Shown: piece by piece, positions 23,612-36,250 of the stretch
Numbering within the stretch: the first letter of the stretch is position 1
Layout of the letters: the number at the start of each line of letters is the position of its first letter
Assembly (NCBI RefSeq): GCF_006345805.1
Contig: NC_043003.1
Location: 15,624,001 to 15,688,000, forward strand
Reading direction: 5' to 3'
DNA from: Octopus sinensis
Taxonomy: Eukaryota
Length of the DNA stretch: 64,000 bases
Notes under the pieces: generated by a model
The model's input: only the letters and a program-made list of their open reading frames with translations
What the model was told of the DNA's origin: nothing
Databases searched by the model: none
Made by a program: the position numbers and the translations under genes

Positions 23612-24175
23612 CGTTAGCACGCCGGGCGAAATGCGTAACCGTATTTCGTCTGCCGTTACGTTCAGAGTTCAAATTCCGCCCAGGTCGACTTTGCCTTTCA
23701 TCCTTTTGGGATCGAGAACTTAAGTACCAGTTACGCACTGGGGTCGATGTAATCGATTTAATCCGTTTGTCTGTCCTTGTTTGTCCCCTCTGTGTTTAGC
23801 CCCTTGTGGGTAGTAAAGAAATAAGTATTTCGTCTGTTTTTACGTTCTGAGTTCAAATTCCGCCGAGGTCGACTTTGCTTTTCATCCTTTCGGGGTCGAT
23901 TAAATAAGTACCAGTTACGCACTGGGGTCGATATAATCGACTTAATCCCTTTGGCTGTCCTTGTTTGTGCTCTTTGTTTTAGCCCCTTGTGGGCAGTAAA
24001 GAAATAGGTATTTTGTGAGTCTTTACATTTTATGTTTAAAAAATTCGGCGAGGTCGACTTTGCCTTTCATCCTACCGGCGTCAATAAAATAAGTACCTGC
24101 TGATTACTGGGGACGATGTAATCGCCTCACCTGCTCCCTCGATATTTCTGGTCTAGTGCCAAAATTTGAAACCAA
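23612..24175 (+). mobile_element. Family-B SINE trimer: two tailed units plus an older-tail remainder
   Basis: Junctions 23823/23824 and 24006/24007; ends tagtgccaaaatttgaaacc. Confidence 0.9.
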
Positions 24176-24559
24176 CATTGGTAATTAGAATAATTAAGTC
24201 ACCTTAACTTCTGTTGTTAATGTCTTTGAGAAAGAACTCAACGTCACAATCTCTTTTCCGTGTGTGATTGCGCACTACAAAAGAAACACACGAAATGGCC
24301 TAAACGTGGTCGATATAACCCTTAGAAACAGCAGCCAAATCTCCTCTAGAAATTTGACTGCCGTTTCTAAGAGTTAAAAAGGTACACATCAGATATTGTC
24401 CAAGATAGGAAGACCAGCTAGTCTCCTGTGGAGATTCATTTTGCTCATTCAGGGCTCACTTGGCTAAATAAATACTGATTCCTAACAGGACCGAATTTTC
24501 GTTGGTGGGTGGGTAACAGTCGTTTAAGACTGGCTACAGCTCCTTATGGGTTTCAAAGT

Positions 24560-24967
24560 CCAGCAATTTTGGGAGATGGAGCATGTCGATTACATCAATC
24601 CCAGTCCTCCACTGGTACTTATTTCCTCGACCCCGAAAGGATGAAGGGCAAAACTGACCTCGGCAGAATTTAAATTATGAACGTAAAGACGGACGAAATG
24701 CTGCTAAGCATTTTTCCAGCCATGCGAACGACACTTATTTCTTTATTGCCCAGAAGGGGCTAATCATAGAGGGGACACACAAGGACAAACAAACGGATTA
24801 AGTCGATTATATCGACCCAGTGCGTAACTGGTAATTATTTAATCGACCCCGAAAACATGAATGGCAAAGTCGACCTCGGCGGAATTTGAACTCAGAACGT
24901 AGCGGCAGACGAAATACCGCTAAGCATTTCGCCCGGCGTGCTAACGATTCTGCCAGCTCGTCACCTT
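24560..24967 (-). mobile_element. Family-B SINE, tailed unit nested in an older copy
   Basis: Tail at ~24736-24795 next to an older head remainder. Confidence 0.8.
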
Positions 24968-25273
24968 GTAAATTGATATTATTTTAAGTTGACCTCAATG
25001 AGATTTGAACCCAGAACGCAAATAAACATAACTGCAAGACATTACAGTTTGTGCCGTTCCGCGTTTGTATATACACTATAAATGTTATACACTTCGTTAT
25101 GGTTTTTTTTTGCTGTTTCATACACATATACACTCACATTTATATATATTAACCGTATACGTTAATGTATAGACATGGGGCCTTAATCAGCCGTTAGAAA
25201 AGTGCTCTCACGTAGGTATGGGTTGTGTTGGCTCTCATTTCTAGCAATATCGATGCCCATTAGCAGCCTTCGT

Positions 25274-25308
<35 letters not shown>

Positions 25309-25714
25309 TATATATACTGACGATATATAGTATATATATATTTTTAGAGTCTTTCTGTTGTAGATTGCGAATAACCACCTTTATAATTTATAGTGCTCAC
25401 TTCACCATTTTCGAAATCAGTCAATGTTTTCTATGGTATTCTCTGTAAGGCTGATAGGCTGAGTTAGGACCTTTAGCTCTTGGTGACGGAATAATGGGTC
25501 ACTAATGGAGGATAGTCAGATCTGAAATCAGCACGGATATGACTCCATCGTGCTTATGGTAGGGACGGAGCTTGTTTCCCTTATCTCCCTTATCAGTCGT
25601 TGGAAAAGTCCTCTCACCTGGCTAAGAGTTGTTTTGACTCTTGTTTCTAGCAATGCCGGGTGGTCACCAGCACTCTCCTTCACTTTAGTGACGACTGTAC
25701 TAATATATATACAT

Positions 25715-25776
<62 letters not shown>

Positions 25777-25777
<1 letters not shown>

Positions 25778-25816
25778 TAAAAGTAATTACGTTAATGTCC
25801 GGTCATAGAGTGACGA

Positions 25817-25862
<46 letters not shown>

Positions 25863-25899
25863 TAAAAGTAATTACGTTAATGTCCGGTCATAGAGTGTC

Positions 25900-25944
<45 letters not shown>

Positions 25945-25945
25945 G

Positions 25946-25980
<35 letters not shown>

Positions 25981-26014
25981 AAGTAATTACGCTAATGTCC
26001 GGTCATAGAGTGAC
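25777..26014. repeat. Three copies of a ~35-40-bp unit separated by TA/CA microsatellite
   Basis: aaagtaattacgttaatgtccggtcatagagtg at ~25779, ~25864, ~25980. Confidence 0.9.
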
Positions 26015-26829
26015 CAATGGTTTCGTATCCACAAAGGCCTTAGCCTCACGGGCGTCTCATCAGACTCTAAAGCCGAAGATAAAAGTAATTATCCACTTCT
26101 GGGAAGCAGGAACCCGTTACGGCCATTTGGTCAGTTGGTCGCCAAAGAATAGAAAGTCCAGTGTCAGTGAGGGAGAGTTATCTCTCCCTCGGACCAGCTT
26201 TTTGTGTTCTCTCTTGGTCTCTCTCCCTTACTCCCTCCTTTTCTCTCTCTCTCTTTCTTCACCTCTCTCTATATGTATATATACACACACACACACATAC
26301 ACTCACACGTTCGCATGTATGTGTGTGTAAAATCTTAAATATTTATATCATGTCAAATTAAGTCAGACAGATGCATTTGCTTGACCGATCGCAATCATAT
26401 CAAGACATGCATCATTAAGTGGCAAGTCGAATTGATTCAAGGAAATAAAGATGATGGCAGATGTAATGTTCATTCCGATGATAAAGGCATCAGTATTATA
26501 TATGAAATATCAACAGCTGAGAATAGAACCCGTATCCCGTTTCGTCGTCCCGTTTCACTAGGATGTTGCCATTTACGAAATATCTACGATCAGGGACTTC
26601 TATACAGCTGATCTCACGCACACATAAACACACATGCATATATATACATATGTAAACGCAAACAAATATGCAAATTTATGCAAATGTATGCAAAGTACAG
26701 TTTTGTAGAATATATAGATGACGATATGAGTAAGCTCTAAATGATTACTCGAGCTGCAAGAAACAGCAGTCAAACCTCTATCAAGTCACTCCATACCGTC
26801 TTAAGAATGAAAGTTTACAATGACTAATG

Positions 26830-26989
26830 CATGCGTAGCTGTGTGGTAAGAAGCTTGCTTTCCAATGGCATGATTATGGGTTCAGTCCCAGTGCGTGGCA
26901 CCTTAAGGAAGTGTCTACTACTATAGCCTCGGACCTACCAAAGCCTTGTGAGTAGATTTGGTAGACAGAAACTGAAAGAAACCCGTCGC

Positions 26990-27020
<31 letters not shown>

Positions 27021-27025
27021 GGCAC

Positions 27026-27071
<46 letters not shown>

Positions 27072-27265
27072 ATGTGCATATGTATTTGTGTCTGTATCTC
27101 CCACCACCACTGCTTGACAACCAGTGTTGGTGTGTTTGCGTCCCCGTAACATAGCAGTTCGGCCAAAGAGGCTTATAAAAGATGAGTTTTGGGGCCGATT
27201 CATTCGAGTAAATAAATTCAAGGTGGTGCCCCAGCATGATCGCAGTCTAATGACTGAAAGAAAGA
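26830..27265 (+). mobile_element. Older full-length family-A SINE
   Basis: Diverged modules; internal (TA)n. Confidence 0.8.
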
Positions 27266-27430
27266 AAAAATAAAAGACAAGATAGCATGACTGATCAAAA
27301 GGACGTAACCGTTACGGAAGGAAGGCCTATGATCACAGGTCTGCTCGGTCAGAACTAATTTAGGGCGAAGTAACAACTACAGCAACGGAAATTACAAATT
27401 TCAAAGAAATTATCATAAGCCTGGTACTTA

Positions 27431-27845
27431 TAGACGTAGGAGTGGCTGTGTGGCAAGTAGCTTGGTTAAAAACCACACGGTTCCGGGTTCAGTCCCACTG
27501 CGTGGCACCTTGGGCAAGTGTCTTCTACTATAGCCTCGGGCCGACCAAAGCCTTGTGAGTGGATTTGGTAGACGGAAACTGAAAGAAGCCCGTCGTATAT
27601 ATGTATATACATATATATGTATGTATGTGTGTATGTTTGTGTCTGTGTTTGTCCCCCCAACATCGCTTGACAACCGATGCTGGTGTGTTTACGGCCCCGT
27701 AAATTAGCGATTCGGCAAAAGAGACCGATAGAATAAGTACTAGGCTTACAAAGAATAAGTCCTGGGGTCGATTTGCTCGACAAAAGGCGTTGCTCCAGCA
27801 TGGCCACAATAAAATGACTGAAACAAGTAAAAGAATAGTAAAAGA
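27431..27845 (+). mobile_element. Young full-length family-A SINE
   Basis: Near-consensus head, body, internal tract and 3' half. Confidence 0.9.
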
Positions 27846-29649
27846 ATCAGGATAAACTATAGATAGTTTGTGGCGGAGAATCTAGTTTATGGCTTCACGT
27901 GTAGATCCGGCAAACAAAGAACCGTTTGCTTTGTAATCGTTGTGCAATCTTCTCTTGTTATAACCGTTCTGTCAATGACCTAAAATCCACTCCTGGTATT
28001 GAACTCATTTCTACAGAGGGTCGCCATCTTGAAAATAGGCGCTAGCGAGTTCCGCTTACATTGGAGGCATTTTCTTTATTCCTATAAGCTTTCAAACAGC
28101 AGTTATTGAAAGACCGGATGGAGTAAGATCTTGAAACAAAGCATGAGAATTCGTTTGCTTCCAGCGGGAAATACAAAAGCTATTGTCCAGTTCAATATTG
28201 AACGGGATAACTGAATAACCGTTGTCACTTATTCACAAACCGTCGCTTACGTGTAAGCAAGGTGTTCATTTGAGCTAGTATTCTTTATTACTTTTATTCG
28301 CAGCAGCCATTCCACTCTGGCCAAGCTAAGGCTCTGCCATGAGATGACTTAAGAGGTTTACTTGCAGTGTTATCGAATATAAAATACCATAAAAGAATTT
28401 AGAGATGCAGCACGGAATTTTGTCAGTGAACAGGTCGCGGACTTAAAGCGGCGAAAATATTTTGACAAATCAAATTTAGATGTCGAAGTGAATCTAACGG
28501 TATTTGTGTGTTTCTTAAATGGCTTATGAACACCTTCCACGCTGCAAGAATTTAGAAAGTTTGCGAGATATGAAATAGTTCGTTTTAAAAGCTGATAAAG
28601 CTATAAATGAATAGCGTATAAATATTAGATCAATAACCCCTTGGTTGGAAAAAGTCAAAGGCAGCCGGTGGTACTCGAACCCACATATTCTGTAAATATA
28701 ACAGACGATCTATTAAATCGCTGGCCTCGTGTCAAAATTTGAAACCAATAAGGAACTTTAGCCGATCATAAACAAGTGTTACCCATCCACCAGCTAAAAT
28801 TTGTTCCTGTTAGGAATCAGCATTTGTCGTTTAACCAGGTGCGCTTTGAATGGTTTTGGGGTCAGCCTTTGACTTCTTCCATCTAAGGGTTTATTTTTGT
28901 TACCCAATATTTACACGCTATTGTTCATAGCTTTATTTATATCGAGTTCTATTATTAAAACGATTTATGCATATCATTGATTAAGTTGTGTTAGTTTTTT
29001 TTACGTGACTGTTGCACATACGACGTGTCGATGTCTTAGAATTCGCTTTACTCAAAGAATTATTTACTCAAAGGGATTTCATAGAAATAACAAAATTCTC
29101 AGACATAGATATACTTCGAATTATAAGTGCAGTTATAGCTGTATACATGAGCATACAATTATACACACGCACGTGCGAGTATTTGCTTATTTGTAAATAC
29201 GTAAATGTGGTACTGTCTTATCTATCTATCTATCTATCTATCTATCCGTCTGTCTATGTACTGTAAATATAATGAACAATGATTAAGGACAATACGGGAG
29301 GAAAAAGGTTTAAGAAATAAGGTATTAAGTAGCTTACCGCTTTAATGGAAAGCGAAGCAAAGCACAACAATATATGCGGATCTGGTTATGTATCTATATT
29401 TAGGTGTACATGAGTAATACAATCAGTTTAGCCGTTCGCTTGTACGTTCAGTGTAGCCTTAATTGCCTTTATCAATGACTGCATAGAAAACTTAGTAAAT
29501 CTTGTCAACATTTAATATGTGTTAATTACAATAGGTTTCATATCACACTCAACAATGGAAACAATTTGCCAACAAATAAATCGATACATAGGAACCATAG
29601 AGCATAATATTGGCGGAACAAAATTGATTATATCACGCTGGAGTGTAAA

Positions 29650-29775
29650 GGCGCGTGGCTTAGTGTTTCGAATGTAATATCCACGAGCGCATGGTCGTAG
29701 TTTCGATTCCCGGACAGACCCAATGGTGCGTTTTATGTTCTTGAGCAGAACGGGTAATTCTACGTTACTCCACTC
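29650..29775 (+). mobile_element. Family-C tRNA-derived SINE, interrupted by a MITE
   Basis: ggcgcgtggcttagtg (A box)...gtttcgattccc (B box)...tgttcttgagcag. Confidence 0.7.
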
Positions 29776-30195
29776 GGATCTTTTCGGTTTGAACGGCAGT
29801 TTTTTCTAGTGGCGTCATATGAAATTGTCACCCATAATTATGACCCGAGTATCGATCTATCGCATTTCAATCTGTTTTAGGGTTAGGGTTAGGGGTGGGG
29901 GAAGGGTATCTTTTTTTCTTCACAAATATAAATAAACCCAATCTGTTTCTTAAGCGAGGGACATATTCAAACGGCACAGAATGTTTTTTTACCTCAATAG
30001 ACGTAAATTATTAGTTGAAATTGCAGAAATTGAAGAAAAAAACAACAACAAATATCTTACAAACTATAGAATTTTCTCAATAAAGTCAAGAGAAAAAGAT
30101 GTTTTATAAACACATTCTACCAGTATACGAAGTTTAAAATTGTTTAGTTACGTGGAAATTATTTAAAAAAACTGCCGTTCAAATCGAATAGATCC
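29776..30195. mobile_element. 420-bp non-autonomous DNA transposon (MITE), Merlin-like
   Basis: ~30-bp TIRs ggatcttttcggtttgaacggcagtttttt / aaaaaactgccgttcaaatcgaatagatcc (2 mismatches); 8-bp TSD ctccactc at 29768-29775 and 30196-30203. Confidence 0.85.
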
Positions 30196-30279
30196 CTCCA
30201 CTCATCTGTAAGTAATTGAGAAACCCATAAAATGCATGCGCCTGAACGCTTACCTGTTAATCTATTTACCTATGGGAGA

Positions 30280-30815
30280 ATATAGTGATGGTTAGGGAGG
30301 CGGATGAGGAGACCCGCCCCCACTCCATCTGTAATGTCTATGTCTTTTATTAGCTTTACCATTCGTTTTTATATAATTGAATTTTTTAATGTCATATCTA
30401 TGTATCTTTCATTCGTGCACTGACCCCATATCATGTGTATAGTCCCCTCTGTGTTGGCCCCTTGTGGGCAATAAAGAAACGGATGGAGAATGAGGAGAGC
30501 GCTTACGGGAGCCATTCATGCCTTCTAATAACAGAATACCAAAAAAATGAGATTGGAAGAAAACACAAAGGAAAGTATGATGTTTGGAAGGCAGAATATG
30601 ACAAGGAAAGATTACCTAAGGATACAGAGTATGAGGAACTTAAAGAAAGCTATGGACTTGATATAATGGAATACAAAGAATAAGGAAGTGATGTTACTTG
30701 ATGGGGCAGGTAGCGTTACTTTCCTTTTTCATTTTTCTTTACCATTGTACCATACGTTTTTTTTTTCATTTGTTCAGTGTCCCTACATTTGTTGGCCCCA
30801 TGTGGGCAATAAATA
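30280..30815 (+). mobile_element. Two adjacent probable LINE 3' remnants, each ending in the shared tail
   Basis: gtcccctctgtgttggccccttgtgggcaataaagaaa at ~30441-30479 and a variant at ~30778-30815; short charged ORF between them. Confidence 0.4.
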
Positions 30816-31007
30816 ATCACCTTAATCTATTTACATTTTATATATTGTCCACAGTTATGATCTTTACCTTTAGTAAAAGTTTATATTTAAATTTATAGTC
30901 ATGTAAAAAACCCGTAACAGACACTTAACGACCGATGGTTTGTCGTTTGACTTGTTAGAAATTGCAACCAGATATCTAAATTACATTAATCGATTCTATA
31001 TTCTACA

Positions 31008-31245
31008 TTGGTGCGTAGCTTAGTGGTTAGGGCTTCAGCATAATGATCGTAAAATTGTGGTTTCGATTCCTGGACCGGGCGACGCGTTGTGTTCTTGGGC
31101 AAAACACTTCATTTCACGTTGCTCCAGTCCACTCAGCTGGCAAAAATGAATAACGCTGCGATGGACTGGCGTTCCGTCCAGCTGGGGAACACATACGCCA
31201 TAGAAACCGGGAAACCTAGTTCATTAGCCTGGCTAGGGTTTAAAA
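31008..31245 (+). mobile_element. Family-C SINE
   Basis: tRNA-like head, ttcacgttgctccagtccactcagctgg core, gcgatggactggcgttccgtccag segment. Confidence 0.8.
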
Positions 31246-31486
31246 GAGTGCATTTATTATTGTTTTAAATATATCCTACATTAGACTCTCGTGTGTGTTT
31301 TATATACAATCACGCATAAAACCAACTGATGGATTACTCAAATTTAGGCCGAGTAGAAAGATTAGTTTCTCAAAGTAAACAATGGACAGAAATATTGATG
31401 AATCCCCATTGAGATAGTGAAATTTCGAATTCACTATCAAATGATTCTATATATGTTTTAATGTTTCTTTTTTTAATATGAAGTTA

Positions 31487-31838
31487 CTCTCGTTTTACTC
31501 TTTTACTTGTTTCAGTCATTTGACAGCAGCCATGCTGTAGCACCGCCTTTTGTCGAGCATATCGACCCCAGGACTTATTCTTTGTAAGCCTAATATTTAT
31601 TCTATCGGTCTCTTTTGTCAAATCGCTAAGTTATGGGGGACAATGTTGGGGGACAAACACACACACACACACATATTTACATATAAACGACGGGCTGCTT
31701 TCAGTTTCTGTCTACCAAATCCACTCACAAGGCTTTGGTCGGCCCGAGGCTATAGTAGAATACACTTGCCCAAAGTGCCATGCAGTGGGACAGAACCCAG
31801 AACCTTGTGGTTTGTAAGCAAGCTACTTACCACACTAT
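31487..31838 (-). mobile_element. Family-A SINE with internal deletion
   Basis: Modules match other copies. Confidence 0.85.
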
Positions 31839-31903
31839 AAAAAATAATTTAACGTTAAACTAAAAAAAATATTGAATTGTGTTCAGTAGGTTGCATGTTT
31901 AAG

Positions 31904-32170
31904 CTGGAGTTTGACTATGACTTCGAAATTCCGGCTTACTCGACTTGGTCCTTGCCAAGCCAAAAGCTGATTAGGGTTGTTTCCCGAATTTTCTGGTGTA
32001 TATATTCCCCACTGGATGGGGCGCTGGTCCATCGCAGGGTTACTTATTTTGGTCAGGTGAGTGGACAAGAGCAACATGAAATGAAGAGTTTTGCTGAAGA
32101 ATACAACGCATCACCCTGTCCGAGAGTCGAAACCGCAATCTTATGACCATGAATGCAACGCCTCTATCCC
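31904..32170 (-). mobile_element. Family-C SINE with a 103-bp terminal module identical to 43966-44068
   Basis: Direct sequence comparison. Confidence 0.8.
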
Positions 32171-32236
32171 AAACCCATACGCCTACACCTACATACAGAG
32201 AGAGATATGTGCGTGTATGTGTATACGTGCATCGAC

Positions 32237-32477
32237 TCATATATATTTCTTCACTACTCACAAGGGGCTAAACATAGAGGGGACAAACAAGGACAGACAA
32301 AGGGATTAAGTCGATTACATCGACCCGAGTGCGAAACTGGTACTTTATTTATCGACCCCGAAAGGATGAAAGGAAAAGTCGACCTCGGCGGAATTTGAAC
32401 TCAGAACGTAACGACAGACGAAATACCGCTAAGCATTTCGCCCGGCGCGCTAACGTTTCTGCCAGCTCGCCGCCTTG
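32237..32477 (-). mobile_element. Young tailed family-B SINE
   Basis: Near-consensus head, core and tail. Confidence 0.9.
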
Positions 32478-32714
32478 CATCGACTCATATAAACATACGC
32501 ATGCATATATTTATGTTATATGATGTTTACCAGTGTCTTTATGCGCTAAATAATTACGCTTGTTGTATTAGACTATTTAATAAGCTGAATGAGAGAGAGA
32601 GAGAGAGAGAGAGATGACAAAAAGTCGTGAGAGAAATGAAATTTCGGAGTTAAAGTGAGTCTGTAATTATGATTTGTCAAATTTCTCCACGAATAAACTA
32701 TTTTCTTTCCTACT

Positions 32715-33103
32715 ATAGGCACAAGGCCCGAAATTTTGGAGGAGGAGGGGCCAGTCAATTAGATCGACCTCAGTACGCAACTGGTACTTAACTTATCAAC
32801 CCCGAAAGGATGAAAGACAATGTCGACCTCGCGGGAATTTGAACTCAGAACGTAACGGCATGCGAAATACCTATTTCTTTATTACCCACAAGGGGCTAAA
32901 CACAGAGGGGACAAACAAGGACAGACATAGGTATTAAATCGATTATATCGACCCCAGTGCGTAACTGGTACTTAATTTATCGACCCCGAAAGGATGAAAG
33001 GCAAAGTCGACCTCGGCGGAATTTGAACTCTGAACGTAACGCTAGACGAAATACCTCTTAGTATTTCGCCCGGCGTGCTAACGATTCTGCCAGCTCGCCG
33101 CTT
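32715..33103 (-). mobile_element. Family-B SINE, tailed unit nested in an older-tail host
   Basis: Junction gaaatacc|tatttc at 32871/32872. Confidence 0.9.
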
Positions 33104-34617
33104 TAATAAACTATTTTCTTGAGAGAAAGAAAATATTGCTGAAAATACGAAAAAAAAAACCCAACAAAAACTTAACGTACAACATGCTTAGATATGTAAG
33201 GATCGGCTGTTGTCTGCAGACGATAAAGCATTTGGCCGAGGAAACCTAATACACAAGGAGAAATAGGATTTTGAGCTGAACGAACTAAAGTCAGACGTTG
33301 CGCTGTATGTTTAATCAGGCATTCAAAGTTACCAACAAAAATGTGGTTTTGTTTTTGCCTCTCTTTGCAAAGGATTATTTTTCTTTCAAACTATTTCTGG
33401 AAGATATAAGCGGACCTGCAGGTATTAAGCTAAAACTTAGAAATCAGCCAAACTAACAGTTCGACTACGAATTTTATTCAGTAGCATGGATCAATGGATA
33501 CGGCCTTGTTTTTCCATTGAATTGCTTTAGCATATGGTTTTTGCGCCAAGCTGGTTACATATTTTGACATGTGAGACGACTCTTAACGTACAGTGATATC
33601 TTTTACACAAAGCAATATCATTATAAAACTGCGTGACAAACAAATAACTTCTTTGGATTGGCTGCTAACATTTGCAGAGAAACTGTATATTGTACATCTG
33701 CAGAAAATTTATCATTTATTGAAGACATTAGAATTATAAAAGTTTGTCAAAGCATGGCTGTGGGGTTAAGAGGTTCGCTTTGTAACGACATGGTCTCTGG
33801 TTCAGTCTCACAGCGCTGCACCTTGAACAACTGTCTTCTGCAATTGGCATCGTGCCAATCAATGCCCTGTGAATGAATTTCATAGACATAAACTGTGCGG
33901 AAGCTCGTCGTATGCATGCGTGTCTTTGTGTTTGTTTCCGCTTCGACTGACAACCGGTGTTGATTTGTTTACGTCCTCGTAACATAGCTGTCCAGCAAAA
34001 TAGATCGAAAGTATAGTTACAAGACTTAAGTAAGTACTGGAGTCGATTTGTAAGGTTAAACTTTTCAAGGCAGAGCCCTAGCATGGTCGCAGTCCAATGA
34101 CCAAAACAAGTAAAAGATAAATTATACAGCAATCTCTGGACCGTTCCTCGTGGAATCCTCATCAAATTGTTCAGGCTATTTTTTGTAATAGTTATTGCTC
34201 ACTTTAAAGATCTGGTGGTCCTTGTGCCAACGCAAATATACAGAACATGTTGCAATAAATAACATAAAACGCTTATTATAGACGTATATAACTGAACCCC
34301 TACATTTTAGAGAAAAACGAGGAATCTGCATTGATCCTCGGTAACATATTCTTTCTGCTATTTCAAGTTACTCCAACTCGACACACGGGGTTGAAAATCC
34401 AATGCCCTTTCTGAAAAAACTTCGTAATAGTAACTATTTATGATAAGGGAAACATCATATTGCAGTAACATTTGCTTGCTGTGTTATTTGAACACACTGA
34501 AACATAATTCTTTCTTATTTTGACATAAGGCCGGCAATTCTAGTGGTAGTGGTGGTGGTGGGGAGGCAGGTGGAAAAAAGCAAAGTCGACCTCTGCGGAA
34601 TTTGAACTCGAAAAAGC

Positions 34618-34668
<51 letters not shown>

Positions 34669-34687
34669 TATATAGTTATATATATAT

Positions 34688-34880
34688 AGTTAATCCAAAC
34701 ATGATAATACAAAAAGAAAATATAACAACGCGAGGACGTGGAACAAGTATAGTGTTATTGAACGCTCAGGAAAGGAAAGAAAGAAGGAGGATTTAACGTT
34801 TCGAGCGGAGCTCTTCGTCAAAAATATAGGAAAAAGAAAGATCCAAGAAAAGGAAGACGGAGGAAAAAAATCGCCAACCA
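34688..34880 (-). mobile_element. Penelope-like terminal fragment with degenerate hammerhead motif
   Basis: Homologous to 15337-15530; begins at (TA)n. Confidence 0.5.
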
Positions 34881-36011
34881 ATATATATATATATATTTAC
34901 ATTAGAAGAAATGAGGTACTTAGAAATTCGGATGGTTTTATATCTACAGATATTTATTTGTATATCACATGTTTTTATACAGCATATAACTTATATCATA
35001 TATCATATATTAGCGCTTTCTCCCATGTGAAAAGGTTTTTGACCATTTTATAGTGTTATTGAGTGTGTAGTGGTGGGGAGGGATACAAGAGGGTGATGAA
35101 TGGGGAGAAAGTATATATATATATATTTACATATATATATATATGTGTGTGTACATACCACTAAGCATTATGTGTGGAATGCTAATGATTCTTATAGCTC
35201 ACAGCCTTATATTGGCTTCAGGTTTTGACACAAGGCCAGCAATTTTAGGGGTGGAGAAATCGAATACATCGACCCCAGTGTTCAACTGGTACTTATTTTA
35301 TTGATCCCGAAAGAATGAGAGGCAAAGTCGAACTCGGAATATAAAGACGGACGGAAAGCTGCTAAGCATTTTGTCTGGTTTACTAAAGAGTCTGCCAGCA
35401 CACCGCGTTTTCGCCGCTTTGTATTGAAATATATTAACGCATCATATTACATATTGCTTCGTAGATGAGGTTCGCTGAGAACGTATCTCTTGAAGATAAA
35501 CACTGACATTTGTGAGTATACGTGAACAGATGAATTTGATTGAAAGATGGATATAAAATGGATTAATCCAAACGTGAATTGGAAATGAGCATACACGAAT
35601 TGAAATGGATTGAACAGATGAAAGAGAGCCTTAAATGCGAATGAAATAAAACGGCGAATATGGCTGAATAACGTGAGACATAAAAGAAATCATAAATAAA
35701 TGAAACCGAGATGGAAAGAGGAAATATTAAACAGGTTAGAAAACAATAAGGTAATAGATGAATGTAAAACTGATTTATTTTCATTCGGTACAAGGCCAAA
35801 CTTTGTATCCAAAAAAAGATAGTCATCGGAGCCGACCTCAGATGAACATAGAAGTCGACCCCGACAGAAATTGGTCCTGAAATATATAGCAAGGAAAATA
35901 ATAAACTGTAATGTATGCATTTTTATTCTGCGTTAGCTAAGGTTTGTAACCCCTAACCGAAATATTTTCCTTTGCTTTTCTTTTGGGTTCTTCTCTTTTT
36001 GTGATTTGCAT

Positions 36012-36250
36012 TTCCTATTTCTTTACTACCCCACAAGGGGCTAAACACAGAGTGGTCAAACAAGGACAGACAAACAGATTAAGTCGATTATATCGACCCC
36101 GGTGCGTAACTGGTACTTATTTAATCGACCCCGAAAGGATGAAAGTCAAAGTCGACCTCGGCGGAATTTGAACTCAGTACGTAAAGGCAGACGAAATACT
36201 GCTAAGCATTTCTCCCGGCGTGCTAACGTTTCTATCAGCTCGCCGCCTTT
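36012..36250 (-). mobile_element. Tailed family-B SINE
   Basis: Near consensus. Confidence 0.9.

Noticed and set aside
35465-35511. + strand 47-nt exon candidate
   Set aside because: Closed in all frames; such site pairs are expected by chance in 64 kb
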